From positions 58,530,001 through 58,594,000 of the forward strand of contig NC_045697.1 in NCBI RefSeq assembly GCF_009834535.1: a DNA stretch of 64,000 bases, written 5' to 3'. Position 1 is the first letter of the stretch, and the number at the start of each line of letters is the position of its first letter. The translations under genes were made by a program, and so were the position numbers. Positions 1 to 12,985 of this stretch are shown in pieces. Source of the DNA: Camelus ferus. Lineage: Eukaryota. The notes under the pieces are model-generated. The model worked only from the letters and a program-made list of their open reading frames with translations. It did not search any database and was not told the origin of the DNA.

Positions 1-699
1 AAACAGCAGATGTCAAACAATTACGACAATGGAGGTAAAACTATGCAGAGGAGTAAGAGGACTGTAGTAAGTCTCAGAGTCTAAAGATGTGGCTTTACCC
101 TTGTCACTCCAAATTTGTAATTGTCACCTTGAACAAACCACTTACCCTTCTGAGTATCAGAAACTTCATATACATAGAGATAAAATAACTGTGGCTTCAG
201 ATTATTGTGATGAATAATTAAGACAATATATGTGAAACTATGAAAGTCAATGTTTCTTTGTTATTGGCTACTTTAACCTAAAAACATTCATGGATTTTTT
301 TCATGTTTAAGAACAGACTTCATTTAAATACTCAGAAGTCTGTATGAATGTTACAGGGTTGATTAGAAAAATAATGACTGCAACAAAAATAAAAAAAAAA
401 TGCTATTTTAACCAGGGACACCAAACATTATTCCAAGCAACTAATGAATTACCTAATTTTGCTTTATAACATAGTCAGCTTAGTTTACACTATTAATAAT
501 ATTTGTGTTATTGATAAATTAAGGCCACAATATGCCCATAGCATCTGAAGGGGGCAGATTTCAACTTTAGAATCTGAATTCTACCTTCATTATTGTATAA
601 TTGTGATTATGACATTTAAATAATAAAACACAGAGGGACTCAATTTCACCTATATATTCTTCCTTAAGTTGTAACAAAAAGACAAATCATGTACGAAAG

Positions 700-825
700 A
701 AAGATATATAAATATATTTATATATATTTCTTTATTCATATATACTCATATATAAATATATATTTACTAAATTATACAGATTTATATTCATACATTTATA
801 TATTTATTATATTTATATATATTAA
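700..825. repeat. AT-rich low-complexity (TA)n-like tract
   Basis: atatataaatatatttatatatatttc...; this tract explains the spurious Y/I-rich ORF 689..898. Confidence 0.8.
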
Positions 826-2699
826 TTTTCCCATTGTGTGTACCATAAACTATTTGTTATCAAGAATGCTTGAAAAACTCACCAAAAGTAAAAAATAAAC
901 AAAAGTATCAAAAACTTCAAGGAAATTAATTTCTTAAGAGAACATGGGGAGCTGTGAGAGAAAAATCTGGAAGCAGAATGACAGAATGATTCCTCAGAAT
1001 ATACTTTCAAGAAATTCACTGATTCTGTCCACTCTAGAAAGAAATTTTTATGAAATCAATAATTGTTTTTTGGGCTTTCTATAAAAATTATATTCATATA
1101 TGAAATGCCAGCTATTAGAAAGTTCCTAATTTTTCCTTTTATTTTTACCTCAATAAATCTGTTTTGTCCTATCAATGTGGGGGTCACCGAGTAATTCAAA
1201 TACCACAAAAGGGAAGCGTACTACACTGAAGGAAAAAAGATGACTTAAGCAATGATGTTTTGTGAAAGTCATTCTGTCAATATAAAACTCTCAAATATAC
1301 CAATAGGTACATTTAATGAAACTAGGTCCAAATTCATGGAATAGGGAAATGTGACTTTTGCCCTATGATTTAAAAACAGCTGAATAAGACCTTTATGGAA
1401 ATCTTGATATTTCTAACTTTATTGTTCAAAAAGCAAGTCAGCAAACAAGATGGAGAAATAGATTTTGAAATTTTTTTCATTTTAATTGCGTAAGTGCTTC
1501 CAGATGGGACACAAACTTTACGAATTAATTTTGAACCCCTCTGATGTTTTTTCTCTTTTTTATATTTTCAGACTGTTGCTATTTTCCAGACACTGCTTGA
1601 ACAATCATCCTGTAATAATTATTAACTGTAGGTCAGCAGTTTTCAAGAACCTGTTTTACTTTCTGTATAAAAATGTACTATTTTAATGTTGAATCAGATT
1701 AGTTAAAGGCATAATGATATGATTTTTAAATTGCCTCTTAAACATATCTTGTTCTGAAATACTTGTAACATAGTTAAAATGAGTTTTTTTTTTTTTCTTT
1801 TTTGCAAATGTAGGAGCACTTGCTTTGGTACTAATGTATCGCATCGGCATAAGGCATTGCTTTCACTCATGGATTTCACTGAAGCCAGTAGGGTAATGAA
1901 AGGCCTATTTTCTGATAAATGTGGTAAGAACTCTGTGAAATAAGCTCCTCACATTGCTCTAACAGATCATCAAACACAAAGGTCACCCCACAAATGCTTG
2001 GAAAAATAAAGGGCTCAATGGTCTGAGGAAATCAGGATTTCCTTTGCAGAATAGAGTAAAGGTCAAAGTCGAGTAACACAGTAAGAACGATATAACTGCA
2101 TTTCTTACAATTTTTATAGTAAATTAGCCAAAAAAAAACCCCTCAGCAATAATTTTCAAATTTGTATCAAACTGAAAAAAACCCAAATATTTTCAGGCTT
2201 TAATGGCTAAGACACTGGCAAGTAACAGCACACAAAAATAATCATAGCCAACTGTCCTTTGGATTCAATAGAACTTGTTCAGAAAATCTCTTTGGTTTCA
2301 GAAGCACAGCATATATACTCTTATTTGAAATGTTCTTACTTTGAATTAAGAAAAATAAATCTCATCATATTTGGTGAACCAGATCCACAACTACCTTAAT
2401 GAAGTAAACAAAATGAAATTGTAGGAAATGCGGAAATTAAGTCTCTCATAAGTAGTTGAGAGTTAAATGCAGATATAAGTTTAAAAAAAGTAGATTAAAG
2501 TTGATAAACAAAAAGGAATTATTGACCAATTAGAAGTTTTTTAAGTAAATGAAATAATCATGCAGTATAAGAAAAAAGACTTTAGGAGTGTCTGGAGTGA
2601 GGGTAGGAAATGGGAAATGAAGCTAGATAGACAGAAAATTTTGTCCTTAGTGTCTCTGATTTAAGTATAGTGATGAAGATGGTGACGATGATGATGATG

Positions 2700-2880
2700 A
2701 TAGCTAAGACATAACTTTTAAAATGTCAGATTCTATTAGAAGTGCTTATTTAGTTTATTAGGGTAGTCACTTAGTCCTACAAAACACTAAGATATGGTAC
2801 TATTATTATCTCCAATTTACAAATGAAGAAACTGAAGCACAGAAAATAAGTAATTTATGTCAAATCGTTCAACTAGTATG
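2700..2880 (-). mobile_element. MIR SINE remnant
   Basis: MIR core in reverse: tattattatctccaatttacaaatgaagaaactgaagcacagaaaataagtaattt. Confidence 0.7.
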
Positions 2881-2904
2881 CAGTAGAGATGATAGGATTA
2901 GTGG

Positions 2905-2990
2905 TAGGGTGACCAACTGTCTAGGTTTGCTCAGGAGTGTCCTAATTGTAGCACTAAATTTTTGCATCCTGGAAAAGTCCTCTCCAAGAC
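2905..2990. mobile_element. Possible hAT-Tip100 (MER96-like) DNA transposon end
   Basis: Begins tagggtgaccaactgtc.aggtttgc..agga, which resembles this group's terminal repeat. The partner end was not identified. Confidence 0.4.
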
Positions 2991-5900
2991 ACGAAAAATT
3001 CCAGAGACCAGAGATAGGTTCAGAATTCCAAAATCCATATGACAAGCTAGAAATAGAGGCTGGAAGCAACACTGTTTTTAGCATCAAATGTCTGTTGTAC
3101 TGATTATCTACCTTCCTTAGTGACTCCCGCTGTTCTTTCCCCTGACTACTGTTTTGGCAACCATGATTTGCAGTTCCCAGTGGAGGATCGTCCATTATTG
3201 CATCACTCTGAGTGATGAAACTTAAGTATGCAACTTCAGTGCCTTGTGATCCTGAGTTCCTCTTTGACTTTGGATTAACTGTTATACTTTGTATCAAAAT
3301 TGGGCTAATTTAATTTTTAACCCTGCGAATATTGTGACAATTTTTTTAAAGTGTTCACTGATGAAACTGAGAACAAATGTAATATAGTAACATGACAATA
3401 CTGAAAGAGAAGGCTAAACAACTGTGTCATTTTAAAGTTACATGAAAGGACACATGAAATTAGATTAGAGAGCCAAAAGAGAACACACTGGACAAAATGA
3501 AGAAATGAATTTGGGACAAGCATGAGAGAAAAGATTGTGTGAATGTGCATATGGAGGCTGAATCTCACAAATCTAGGATGGCACATAGTTTTTGTAAGAT
3601 AAAAAGATTTCTTTTTTTGGTTAATTTCCCCTCAAAAGGCACCAGTATTGAGTTGAAATTAATGGTCATGGAATAAGTTTGAATATTCCACAAGAATTAA
3701 CATGCCTTACAGTTTTATTCCCTTGATTTACCTATGCACCTGAGTAAAGTTAATTTTCTTGATTCAGAAGATGCAACTCAAATGTCCTGTGCGTAAACAA
3801 AAGGGGAAATTTTGATAACCAATGTTTTTTCTTTATAGTGTAGGCTCTTTATAGCATAGAACTGATTCTCTCAGATCTTACTTTCACATCATGCTTTCCA
3901 CAGTGTATCAAGTGATGTGTTGAACAATACCAAAGAAATAATGTTTCCCCAACTCTTATGTATTTTGATTTGAAAAATGAAGCTTCAAATCATCTTGATT
4001 TCCATAAAGATTTTTACGAAACTTCAGAGAAGACAAAAGACTGTTTTGACATCTTGTCCAGATATAAAGTAGACTTTGCTCATCTATCTGCGTATTTGAC
4101 AGTGCAAATGTAACTTACGGAAAGTTACATTCAGCTTATAAACTTACAAAAGAAAATGAGCAGTTCTTACCTACGAAATGTCCTGTATACCTTGTAGACA
4201 GGGCTGCTAAAAACGGATGTGATTTGCTTACCTATGATAATGAAGTTTCATAATGAAATTATGAGGTCCTTTTCAGTTTCCTCAAAATGCGTAGAAATAC
4301 TTAATGAGCCTTTTAACTTTCTAGAAATGGAAAGAGACAGTCTCCCAAGACATGTGCCTTGAAGATGGCTAGCACTGGAGCTGGCCATAGGCAAGATATT
4401 CAAATACTGACCTTCTGTAAAATCATTATTTCCAAAGTGTGAGACAAAAAAATGTCTTCCTCTAATTTTGAAATTATGACAGATGAGAATGGAGAAAAAG
4501 ATCACAGTAAAACACATTTATATGTTTCTCCAAATCTGTCCGATGAACTCTGAAGAGGCTACAGGGGCATAATCACTTACTACATACCAAGTCTATTTTT
4601 TGATCTGGTTCTGCTGTTTCCCAGTTGGCTCTCTAAGAAGTTGATCATCCTAACCTAGCAAATACTCTGTGCTCTTAATATCACTAACAGTGGAGGGGAC
4701 CACAGATCCTCTCCTAAATTTTCTTTGTTGACCCACTTATACTAAGCTCCTAAGAAATAAACAGAGCTAGGCTTTCACGGGTGAAAATTTCTTGACTATC
4801 CTTTGAATACAACGATTAAACTCAGTGGTTTTGTTAAAATATAATTTACTAAGGATCATTCAGCAAACTTCCTGAGTCTCAGACAAAATAGGTAACTTCT
4901 CCTAATACTGTTTTCATTAACACGCACAATTTCTGAAAGCACTTCTAAAGGAGTTAGTTCATGTGGGGAACAGGGTAGAGGAGCTGACGTATGACGAAAG
5001 GGAACCACAGAAATGTCAGAAATGAATTACCTAGATATGTTTATTGTTGTCATTTATATATTATTCTCCTACAGCCATTTCCTTTGACATGTAAGAAAAG
5101 ATACATTTAGCACAATGAGAAAGAAAAGTTAAAATAGAGACAAATTGAATTAGGCTTAACAAAGAAAGTAAGTTTGCATAACTAGATTATAAAAAGCAAG
5201 TAAACAAAAACTACACCAAGCCAAAAACACCTAATAAAATTTGGCACTTCCTAACGGTATTTGCTGGCTACCTACTATGTGTCATGTACTGAATAAGACA
5301 AAATGGAAATACAAATATGTAACCTCATGTACACAAGCATGTACATCCCATTTTTACTCCATTATTCCATTATCATTTGGTTTTCTTAGCTAAAACAATT
5401 TCAGGAAACAGAAAAAGAGGATGGTTATTAGGATTTCTTTTTTCCATTCTTGTGAGTAAATTTATTGCATTTAAACAGAGGAGGGGTTTTCTACATAATA
5501 ACCTTGTAGACAATTATCTCACAGCCTCGACTCAATAACTTGAGCTAACATTGATTTTTTACAAAATTAATATCTTAAAAGTTCCATGATCGGATTTTTA
5601 AATCAGCAAGTAACCAACCATAGAAGATCTTTAAACTGTAATGCTCACACCGTAAGGATATACGAAGTAAACCGGCAATCCCTTGAATTCTCTATAACAA
5701 GGTAGGAAAAGTGGTTTAGTTCAGCCATATTTTTGCTCACATGCTTTTAAAATCTTATATACAAGTTGACCTTATATTCTAGCTTAGAAAGCCATATAAA
5801 TAACGGCTTGGAAAATCCTAGCCTAATTCCTTCAGAGCCCAGTAGTTCTCTAGCTCTATTACTTTATTTACTGGACACAGTGGAATGAAATAGAGGAAAC

Positions 5901-6909
5901 AAGAAAAGCAACCACAGAATAGTCTGAATGTTTAAAAAAAAAAAAGGATAAAATTTTGTGATCCAAAACAAATAGAGTACAGTTAGTAAACACATCAACT
6001 AGTTCCTACTAAGAGCATTATAAGCAGTGGAGGATATTTTTAGGACGTTGTTTTAAATCAACACTAAATTAAAGAAGAAATACAATGATATTAAATAGCA
6101 AAATAATGCCTATATGTGGACTGGGGTAAAGCTGGAGTGGGGGCAGTAGGATACACTAAGGTAAAAAAGAAAAGAAGGAGAGAAGGAGAGATGAAAGCAT
6201 CAAACTATGGAAAGCGAAAGCTTTTAAAGATAATAAAAATCAATGTCAAATTGAACAGACAGGATAGAGTAGGGAGATTAAAAAAAAAATTACCTCCCCA
6301 AGAATCATAATTTGAGTAGAGGAAAAAGCTATAGGTGATATAAATTGTCATACTGTTTTCTAAAGCATTTGTTACTATGCTCTACAAAACCACAGTAGAA
6401 ATGTTAATTAGCCAATGAGTTTGAAACTTATGATCCTGTAAACTAAAATACTCCTCCTACAAAGGGTGTTTACAAAGAGAATTAAGGTAAGAGAAGAAAC
6501 GGACATTTGAATTTAGTGTATTTAACACTCTAATGAACAACAGACAAATAAACCTGCAGGTAATTCCATAATAGAAAGGCTTAAAAATGACATTAATACT
6601 ACCAGTTTGGTATAAAATTACATTATGTGAATTTCTGTAATGATTGCTTTTGTATCTAAAAGAGAAGACAATCGAATGTTTCCTTAGACAAGAGAAGCAG
6701 AGAAAATGCAGGAGTCAACCAGAGGTGTTGCCACCTTGGAGCATCCCTTTCCTTCTTTTCTCTGCCTAAACTGACCTAGCTATGAAACCTTTGTTGGCAC
6801 CCCATTCAAAAATCAATCCTAAGACTTCTCTCTGTTGATAAACTATAAAGTCACAGAGGCCAGGGATTGTTTTGCCTTTCCGCCCGCAGTATTTTGTGGG
6901 GGTGGAATA

Positions 6910-7890
6910 ATCTGAAATGTTAGGGGGGACAGGGAAAGCCTCTTTGAGAAGGTGACAGTGGAACAAAGACTTGAAGGAGATGAGAAATTTGACCACGTGG
7001 CTATCTGGGGGGCTAGAGAAGGGAGACTTTCAGGCCTAACCAGAGCACACCAGGTGTTTGTGGAAAGGCAAGGAGGCCGGCGTGGCTGAAGCCAAGTGAG
7101 CAAGAAGTAGTGAGAGGAGGTCAAGAGCTGCTGAAGAGGCCAGGATTGGGGATTTTGCTCTTACTGAGATAAGAAGTCTTTCAGGTTGGATCAAAGGTAT
7201 GAAGTACTTGATTTACATTTTAAAGAGATTACGGAACTGCTTCTTAAGAATGAATCAGAGGAGTGACTCACATTTTAACAGTATCCCTGTGGCAATTATG
7301 CTGAGGATAAATTTAGGAAGGACAAGAAGGAAAGCAGGGAGACCGATTAAAGGGCTATAACAAAAGGGCAGAAGAGAGATGATAGGGGCTTGAATTCAGG
7401 TGGTAGCGATGAAGACGCTAAATTGTCAGATGCTGGATCTGGTAGGACGTGCTTACAGAATTGAGTGACAGGAAACAAGTCAAAGATAGTGTATGGTTTA
7501 GGGCTGGACTACCTGCAAGGCCAGGGGAACCATCTACTCAGAAGGAAAGACTCAGGAGAATACGGGAAGTGTAGTTTTAGATTTGTGAGACTTATTAGAA
7601 GCCAGCTGTGGCATCTAGGAGCCTGGAGGTAAGACATGAACAGAGAAATGTGGGAATCATGAGACGATGTTTAGAGTCATTTGACTATATGAGATCACAT
7701 ACAGAGAAAGAATGGATGGTGTCTAGACTACATCTAGGATTACACTCAGGGCCAGAGCAACAATGAGAGATTGTGGAAATGAGGAGGAATCAGCAAAGGA
7801 AGTGAAAAAGGACCAGCTGCTGAGGAAGGAAAGAAGCAAGAGAGAATGGTGTACTCCAAGGAAAAGTGAAGAAATGTGGCAAGAATGTGG
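6910..7890 (-). mobile_element. L2 LINE remnant
   Basis: Typical reverse-L2 phrases such as cagggaaagcctctttgagaaggtgacagtggaacaaagacttgaagga and gaggaggaatcagcaaagga...gagagaatggtgtactccaag. Confidence 0.7.
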
Positions 7891-9755
7891 TTGATGCACA
7901 TTTTCCACGAGTTACCTTGTTAAATATACCCTACTCATTCTTCAGAGCAGGACCCTTTTTTGCTAAACCCTCTCTGAGCAGTTTTGTCTTAGATCAATGA
8001 CCCTCCTCTGTGTCCCTATATCACAGTGTAGGCCTCAGTTATAAGAATCATCACAATTATGACTGCAGTTCCCTTCTCTGCCCTCTCCTTGCCCTTAGAA
8101 ATGTGAGTCCATGAGGACCAGAAGCTTCACCAGAATGCTGGAATCTGTGATACCTCTGGCAGAGGGTTTTCTTGTGGAGTTAGAAAGTGATAACTAGCAA
8201 ACATAAGTATCTGTTACAACTGGCCATTGTACATCTCACTGTGCATGAATAAATTAGCATTCTGTTCTAGATACTAGTCTAATGTAAGTTTGGTTAGTGT
8301 GTTTCTTTTTGAACTTCCAGGGATGATCACTCTGCTTGTTTTCCATATTTCCAGTGCCAAAATCATGTTGTGCAATCAAAATGGGACTGACTCAGGCAGC
8401 TGCAAGAGACTGTGATACAAGAAATCCAGGGCATACTTACTCTGTGACTGACTGCTGAAGGAAAACATTGATTTCCATCTATTTTATCTCTTGTTGACAC
8501 ACAATAATGGTCACAGTCAAGATTCTTGTGTAATGGACTGGGGAGAGGCTGTTAAGCATAGAACTGAGCGAAAAATTACATTTTGTTGTTGCTTGAAATA
8601 TGATCCATTTCTCTATGTTTGAATTTATCGCCTAAGCTGAAAGATAGAATCCTGGAGCCATACTAACACATTCCAGGTTTAAATGTAACATTTGTTAGTA
8701 CAGACAATCTCGCTAAGCTCGATCAGTTTGTGAAGCTCTGATCGAATAGCGTTTGTACTCCTTTAAAGACCAAAATTTGACTGTGTTGACACAGCTAAGG
8801 TAATTTACTCCTAAGCTGCTAACTGGGTGTGGAAATGTGGTCTTCCTCTGGGATACCTGTATCATCTCTAAACTCAACTGTGTCAAAGAAAATTCTGGAT
8901 GAAATTACTGATCAATGACACCAGGTAGATAAAACTTTTACCACAGTTTTCATGTTTTAAAATGTACTGGATAGTGATACTTCCTCTATTTTTATTGACA
9001 TCAGGAAGATAAGAAGAGAATTCACAAGTATACAATTTCTTGTAACTAACCCATCTATCAATCTATATAGCCAAGTTAATAAGCCCCTTGTATTTTTATG
9101 TCCTAAATATATCAGAAATCTAAATCCTTTTCCTGCCTTCTATGACAAAGCAGTCACACTGGAAAGAGACTGGTGAAGTCACATTAGTCACACTTGATTT
9201 TGGAAACAATCTATCACCTGGATTTTTCCTTAGAATAGTGCCTTCTTGAATGGAAAGAACCATTATATTATGTTAAAATTTGCCAAGCTCTAGGTATTAC
9301 CATGCTCTGTGTATTGTGCTTAATGGCTATTTCCCCAAGACTCATTTTGAGAGTATTTAATCCCATGCAAGCTCCTTAGTCTTCAGCCTACCAGATCCCA
9401 GCTTCCTAACCCCATCACACTGGCCTTTGGTGCTGGGGTCCTATCTTGCCCTGCTCATAAGGATATGGTCATTTATTTGGACATTTATATGGACATTTAT
9501 TCATACAAAGTAAAAGCAGGGAAGATAGGGGAAGCTTTATTAGCAAAATTTTACTTTAAAAGCAAATTTCAATTTTATAAACTGTATTGAAAATAGAAAA
9601 AAAGAGTTCCTTGCCTCACCCAGGAGGATAGGAGTTGAACACCAGAGTGTTCTTGACTAGAATTATGTCTCAAGTTAGACAGAGAGTTAGGACTTTATAC
9701 AGTTAGTGTCTTAACTGTATGCTAAGACATTTTTATTTTGTGGTATATATCTTAC

Positions 9756-9932
9756 CTTAACTTCCACATGTGCCATCAGTACTGCAAAATTGGTTAGGTG
9801 GTTACAAGAGCAGGTAGTGTGTGTCTTATTTGTTGTCAGGAGCCGACAGCCTTGGGTTGACCAATAACCTGTCATTGTGCGCTTGGAATAGCTCCAAAAT
9901 GAACAGTTAGGATTGAAATTTTCCTCGGACTG
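9756..9932 (-). CDS. ADGRL3: ADGRL3 GPS exon (177 nt, phase 0/0): autoproteolysis site and Stachel tethered agonist
   Basis: Acceptor ctttttcctgcag|CAGTCC, donor AAG|gtaaga. Encodes [59 protein letters not shown]. The cleavage bond maps between the codons at 9795 and 9794. Confidence 0.97.
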
Positions 9933-10627
9933 CTGCAGGAAAAAGACATCAATAAAGCCAATAACTACCTTATGATCACGTATATTAGGTAGGCATTTTC
10001 TTTACATTGAACACAAGTTCATACTATGTTCCAATTTTTGTGGCGATGTCTACTAGTGTTTTCATATTAAGTGGAGCTCATCAAATCTAAGCAAATTTGA
10101 ATATATGCTGTTGTTTACCCCTCTTGATTAGAGGTGAATTCATTTTTTTAAAAAATTAATATTGAAAGAATACTAGTATCAATGTCTCAGAGTCATATCA
10201 ATTAATTTATACTGCAAAGTAAAGAATTATTCTATATAATCAACTTCTGAAAGGATGGTTTTAAAAATCTCTGTTCAATTTACAATACAATCTTTGCATA
10301 TACACAAAAATATAACTACACACAAAGACATAATTACTTGTAATGTCAGATGTGAAGCCATGTCCATTTCCACTAAACATATTGCTCGCTATTTTTAATT
10401 ATAGAGAAACATTTATAGATCCATAAATGTTTTTACTTTAAGTATATATGTATACAAGAATTACTCTCCTTCCTTACTGTGGAAAAAAATCACTAATAAT
10501 TTTTTAAATAATGAATTACTATATCAAATAATAAGGAAAAAAGAAAAGAAAATTCAGACACTTCATGCTTATGTTATAACAAATATAGATAATGTGGACA
10601 ACAAAACTTTAAATGTCATTTTCTTAC

Positions 10628-10836
10628 CTTGATATGTTTAACAGTGAACACCACAGGATCAGCCAAATAAACCTTATTACTAAACTCTTTGTTTATTGCT
10701 GCTGTAATAACCGGGGAATTGACAATAACAGAATGATTGGTGGACATAGCCTCTGTTCCCAACTTCATGCTGGCATTCTCCGTGGACAAATAAGGACCCA
10801 AGTTGTTATACAGGACAAAGGCCACTCTGATCTCTC
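10628..10836 (-). CDS. ADGRL3: ADGRL3 exon (209 nt, phase 1/0): GAIN subdomain B
   Basis: Acceptor cttattttag|GAGAG, donor AAG|gtaaga. Encodes (G)EIRVAFVLYNNLGPYLSTENASMKLGTEAMSTNHSVIVNSPVITAAINKEFSNKVYLADPVVFTVKHIK. Confidence 0.97.
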
Positions 10837-10969
10837 CTAAAATAAGTACATGTAAATTGGGAAGAAATTGATTAGCTTGTATATTCTACTTAAATTAGAT
10901 AGTTCTAATTAGGTTGTAATCAAATCTATATATAATACATATATATTTTCACAACAAAATTCAAACATT

Positions 10970-12205
10970 CATTTCAATCAAACTGCCAAGTCATTCATGA
11001 GGAAAGAAAAGTCAAATGATGCTGAAACAATGATATATCAGTATTTAAAAAATGAACCTCAATCCCTATTTCACTCCATATTTAGAACTTAATTCAGGAT
11101 GGATCACAGACCTAAACATAGAAATTAGAACCACAGAGCCTCTGGAACAAAGTATAGAATATCTTTGTGATCTTGGGAAAGGCAACAATGCCTCGGGCAG
11201 GACCCAAAAAACACTAACCATAAAAGAAAAAAAAGGTAAACTGAACTTTATCAAAATTGAAAATTTGTGTCTATCAAAATGTAGCATTAAGAAAATGCAT
11301 AGGCAAGCCACAGACTAGGAAATATATATATGCATATGACTCATGTAAAGCATTTCTGCTACTCAACAGTAAAATAATAAACACACCAAAATGACAAAAG
11401 ACATAAACACAGACTTTAAAAACAGATATACAAAAAGCTAAAGACACATGAAAAATGATCAGATCATTAGAATTAGGCAAATTAAAAATTAAAATCATAC
11501 TGAGATACTATTACATACCCACTAGGAAGCCTAAAATCTACACTACGAAAGATAAGCCACACTAACGTTGGTAAGAATGTGGAACAAATGGAACTCTGTA
11601 TATTGCTGGTGGGAATGTGAAATGGTTCAACTCTTCGGAAACATGTTCGACAATTTCTTATAAAGTTAAACATATTACCCTTCCTAGACACATGAAAACA
11701 GACATCCACAAGAAAAAAGTCGTATAAAAGTGTTTATAACATCCTTATTCATTTCAGCCCCAAAGTGGAAACAACTCAAAAAAATCTATCAATAGGTGAA
11801 TAAATAAATTATGGCTTACTAAGATAATAGAATTACTATACATTGATAAAGAACAAACTGACAGATGAAGCATAATGACTGAATCCCAAAAATAATATGC
11901 TGAGCTAAAGAATACAGACATAAAAGAGTACATATGGTATGATTCCAGTTACATAAAGTCTAAGAACAGGTACAATTTATCTACAGAAATAGTAACGGGA
12001 AGAGCGTAGTTTAATCAGGTGGGGAGAGGGGGTGAGAAGACTGGAAAGAGGCACTGGGACATCTTCTGTGTAATAGAAGAGATTTTTACCTTGTTTTATG
12101 CGATGTCATAGAGGAATGTACAACTGTCAGATTTATCAAGCTAAACACTTAAGGAATGTGCATATCATTGTATGTAAATTATATTGCAATTGCAATTAAA
12201 ATAAA
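10970..12205 (+). mobile_element. Old L1M-type LINE-1, 3' ORF2 plus 3'UTR remnant (antisense to gene)
   Basis: ORF 11052..11318 (MNLNPYFTPYLELNSGWITDLNI...) is a degenerate L1 ORF2 C-terminus. L1M-like 3' end tgtgcatatcattgtatgtaaattatattgcaat. Confidence 0.8.
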
Positions 12206-12559
12206 ACAAAGATTCAAAATCTTTATCTGTCTTAAAACTCAATTATCCTGTTTTTTTAAAGTCACTGTCTCCATACATCCTTCTAGCTTATTTTTCCCCT
12301 TATGACAATCTCTTACATGAAATCCTCTGAAAAATTAACTTTCTTTTAGCATGTTTTTTAAAAAAATTCCTTCCTTAAAATAAATCAAGCCCTATGTTTT
12401 ACTTTCAGTATAAATTCATTTCGTTTCACCAAGAGATAGGCGCTGCCTTGACCACAGTGGTAACTAAGATGAGGAACTCCCAATCCTTGTCCTTGAAGCT
12501 TAGAGCCAAGTGGGAATAAAGACAAAAAATTTTAATACATTTTTTGAGGAAGGAGGGAG

Positions 12560-12763
12560 CTGTCCAATGTCTAAATTGTGCTCCCACACGTAGGAAATTC
12601 CCTACTGGTAGGGATTTATAGACACAAAATAGACATATACTTGCTTTCCTAGACTGCCTTGCAAAGAGGTTGCTCTGGGCACCTCAGTTAGATGCACCCA
12701 GCTGGATGCACTGGCCTCAGATTTCGAATGAGGAGCTAGTGACACAAGGAAGCAGGAGGTGGT

Positions 12764-12839
<76 letters not shown>

Positions 12840-12985
12840 TCCCTCGTGGCAGCAGTGACACCTCAGAGCACTGATTCTGCGCGATGATACAGGCTGCTGT
12901 CAGCCTCTTTGCGCTCATACATTTTCTGGGCCTGGTTCTACAGCCTGCTCAGTGATTCTATAAGATATCTACTATCCTTTCAGGA
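12560..12985. mobile_element. Probable ERVL-class solo LTR remnant hosting the CAG repeat
   Basis: ttgctttcctagactgccttgca...gagctagtgacacaaggaagcagg resembles LTR33/LTR41-type consensus from memory. Family and boundaries are uncertain. Confidence 0.45.
12765..12836. repeat. Perfect (CAG)24 microsatellite; (CTG)24 on the ADGRL3 sense strand
   Basis: 72 bp of uninterrupted CAG, counted directly. Confidence 0.97.

Noticed and set aside
10834..10839. TAGGAG tandem acceptors here and at 52384-52389
   Set aside because: GAG is rarely used as the distal AG, so alternative usage is unlikely.
12670..12918. Poly-Ser (+) and poly-Ala (-) ORFs
   Set aside because: By-products of the CAG/CTG tract, with no supporting splice or coding context.
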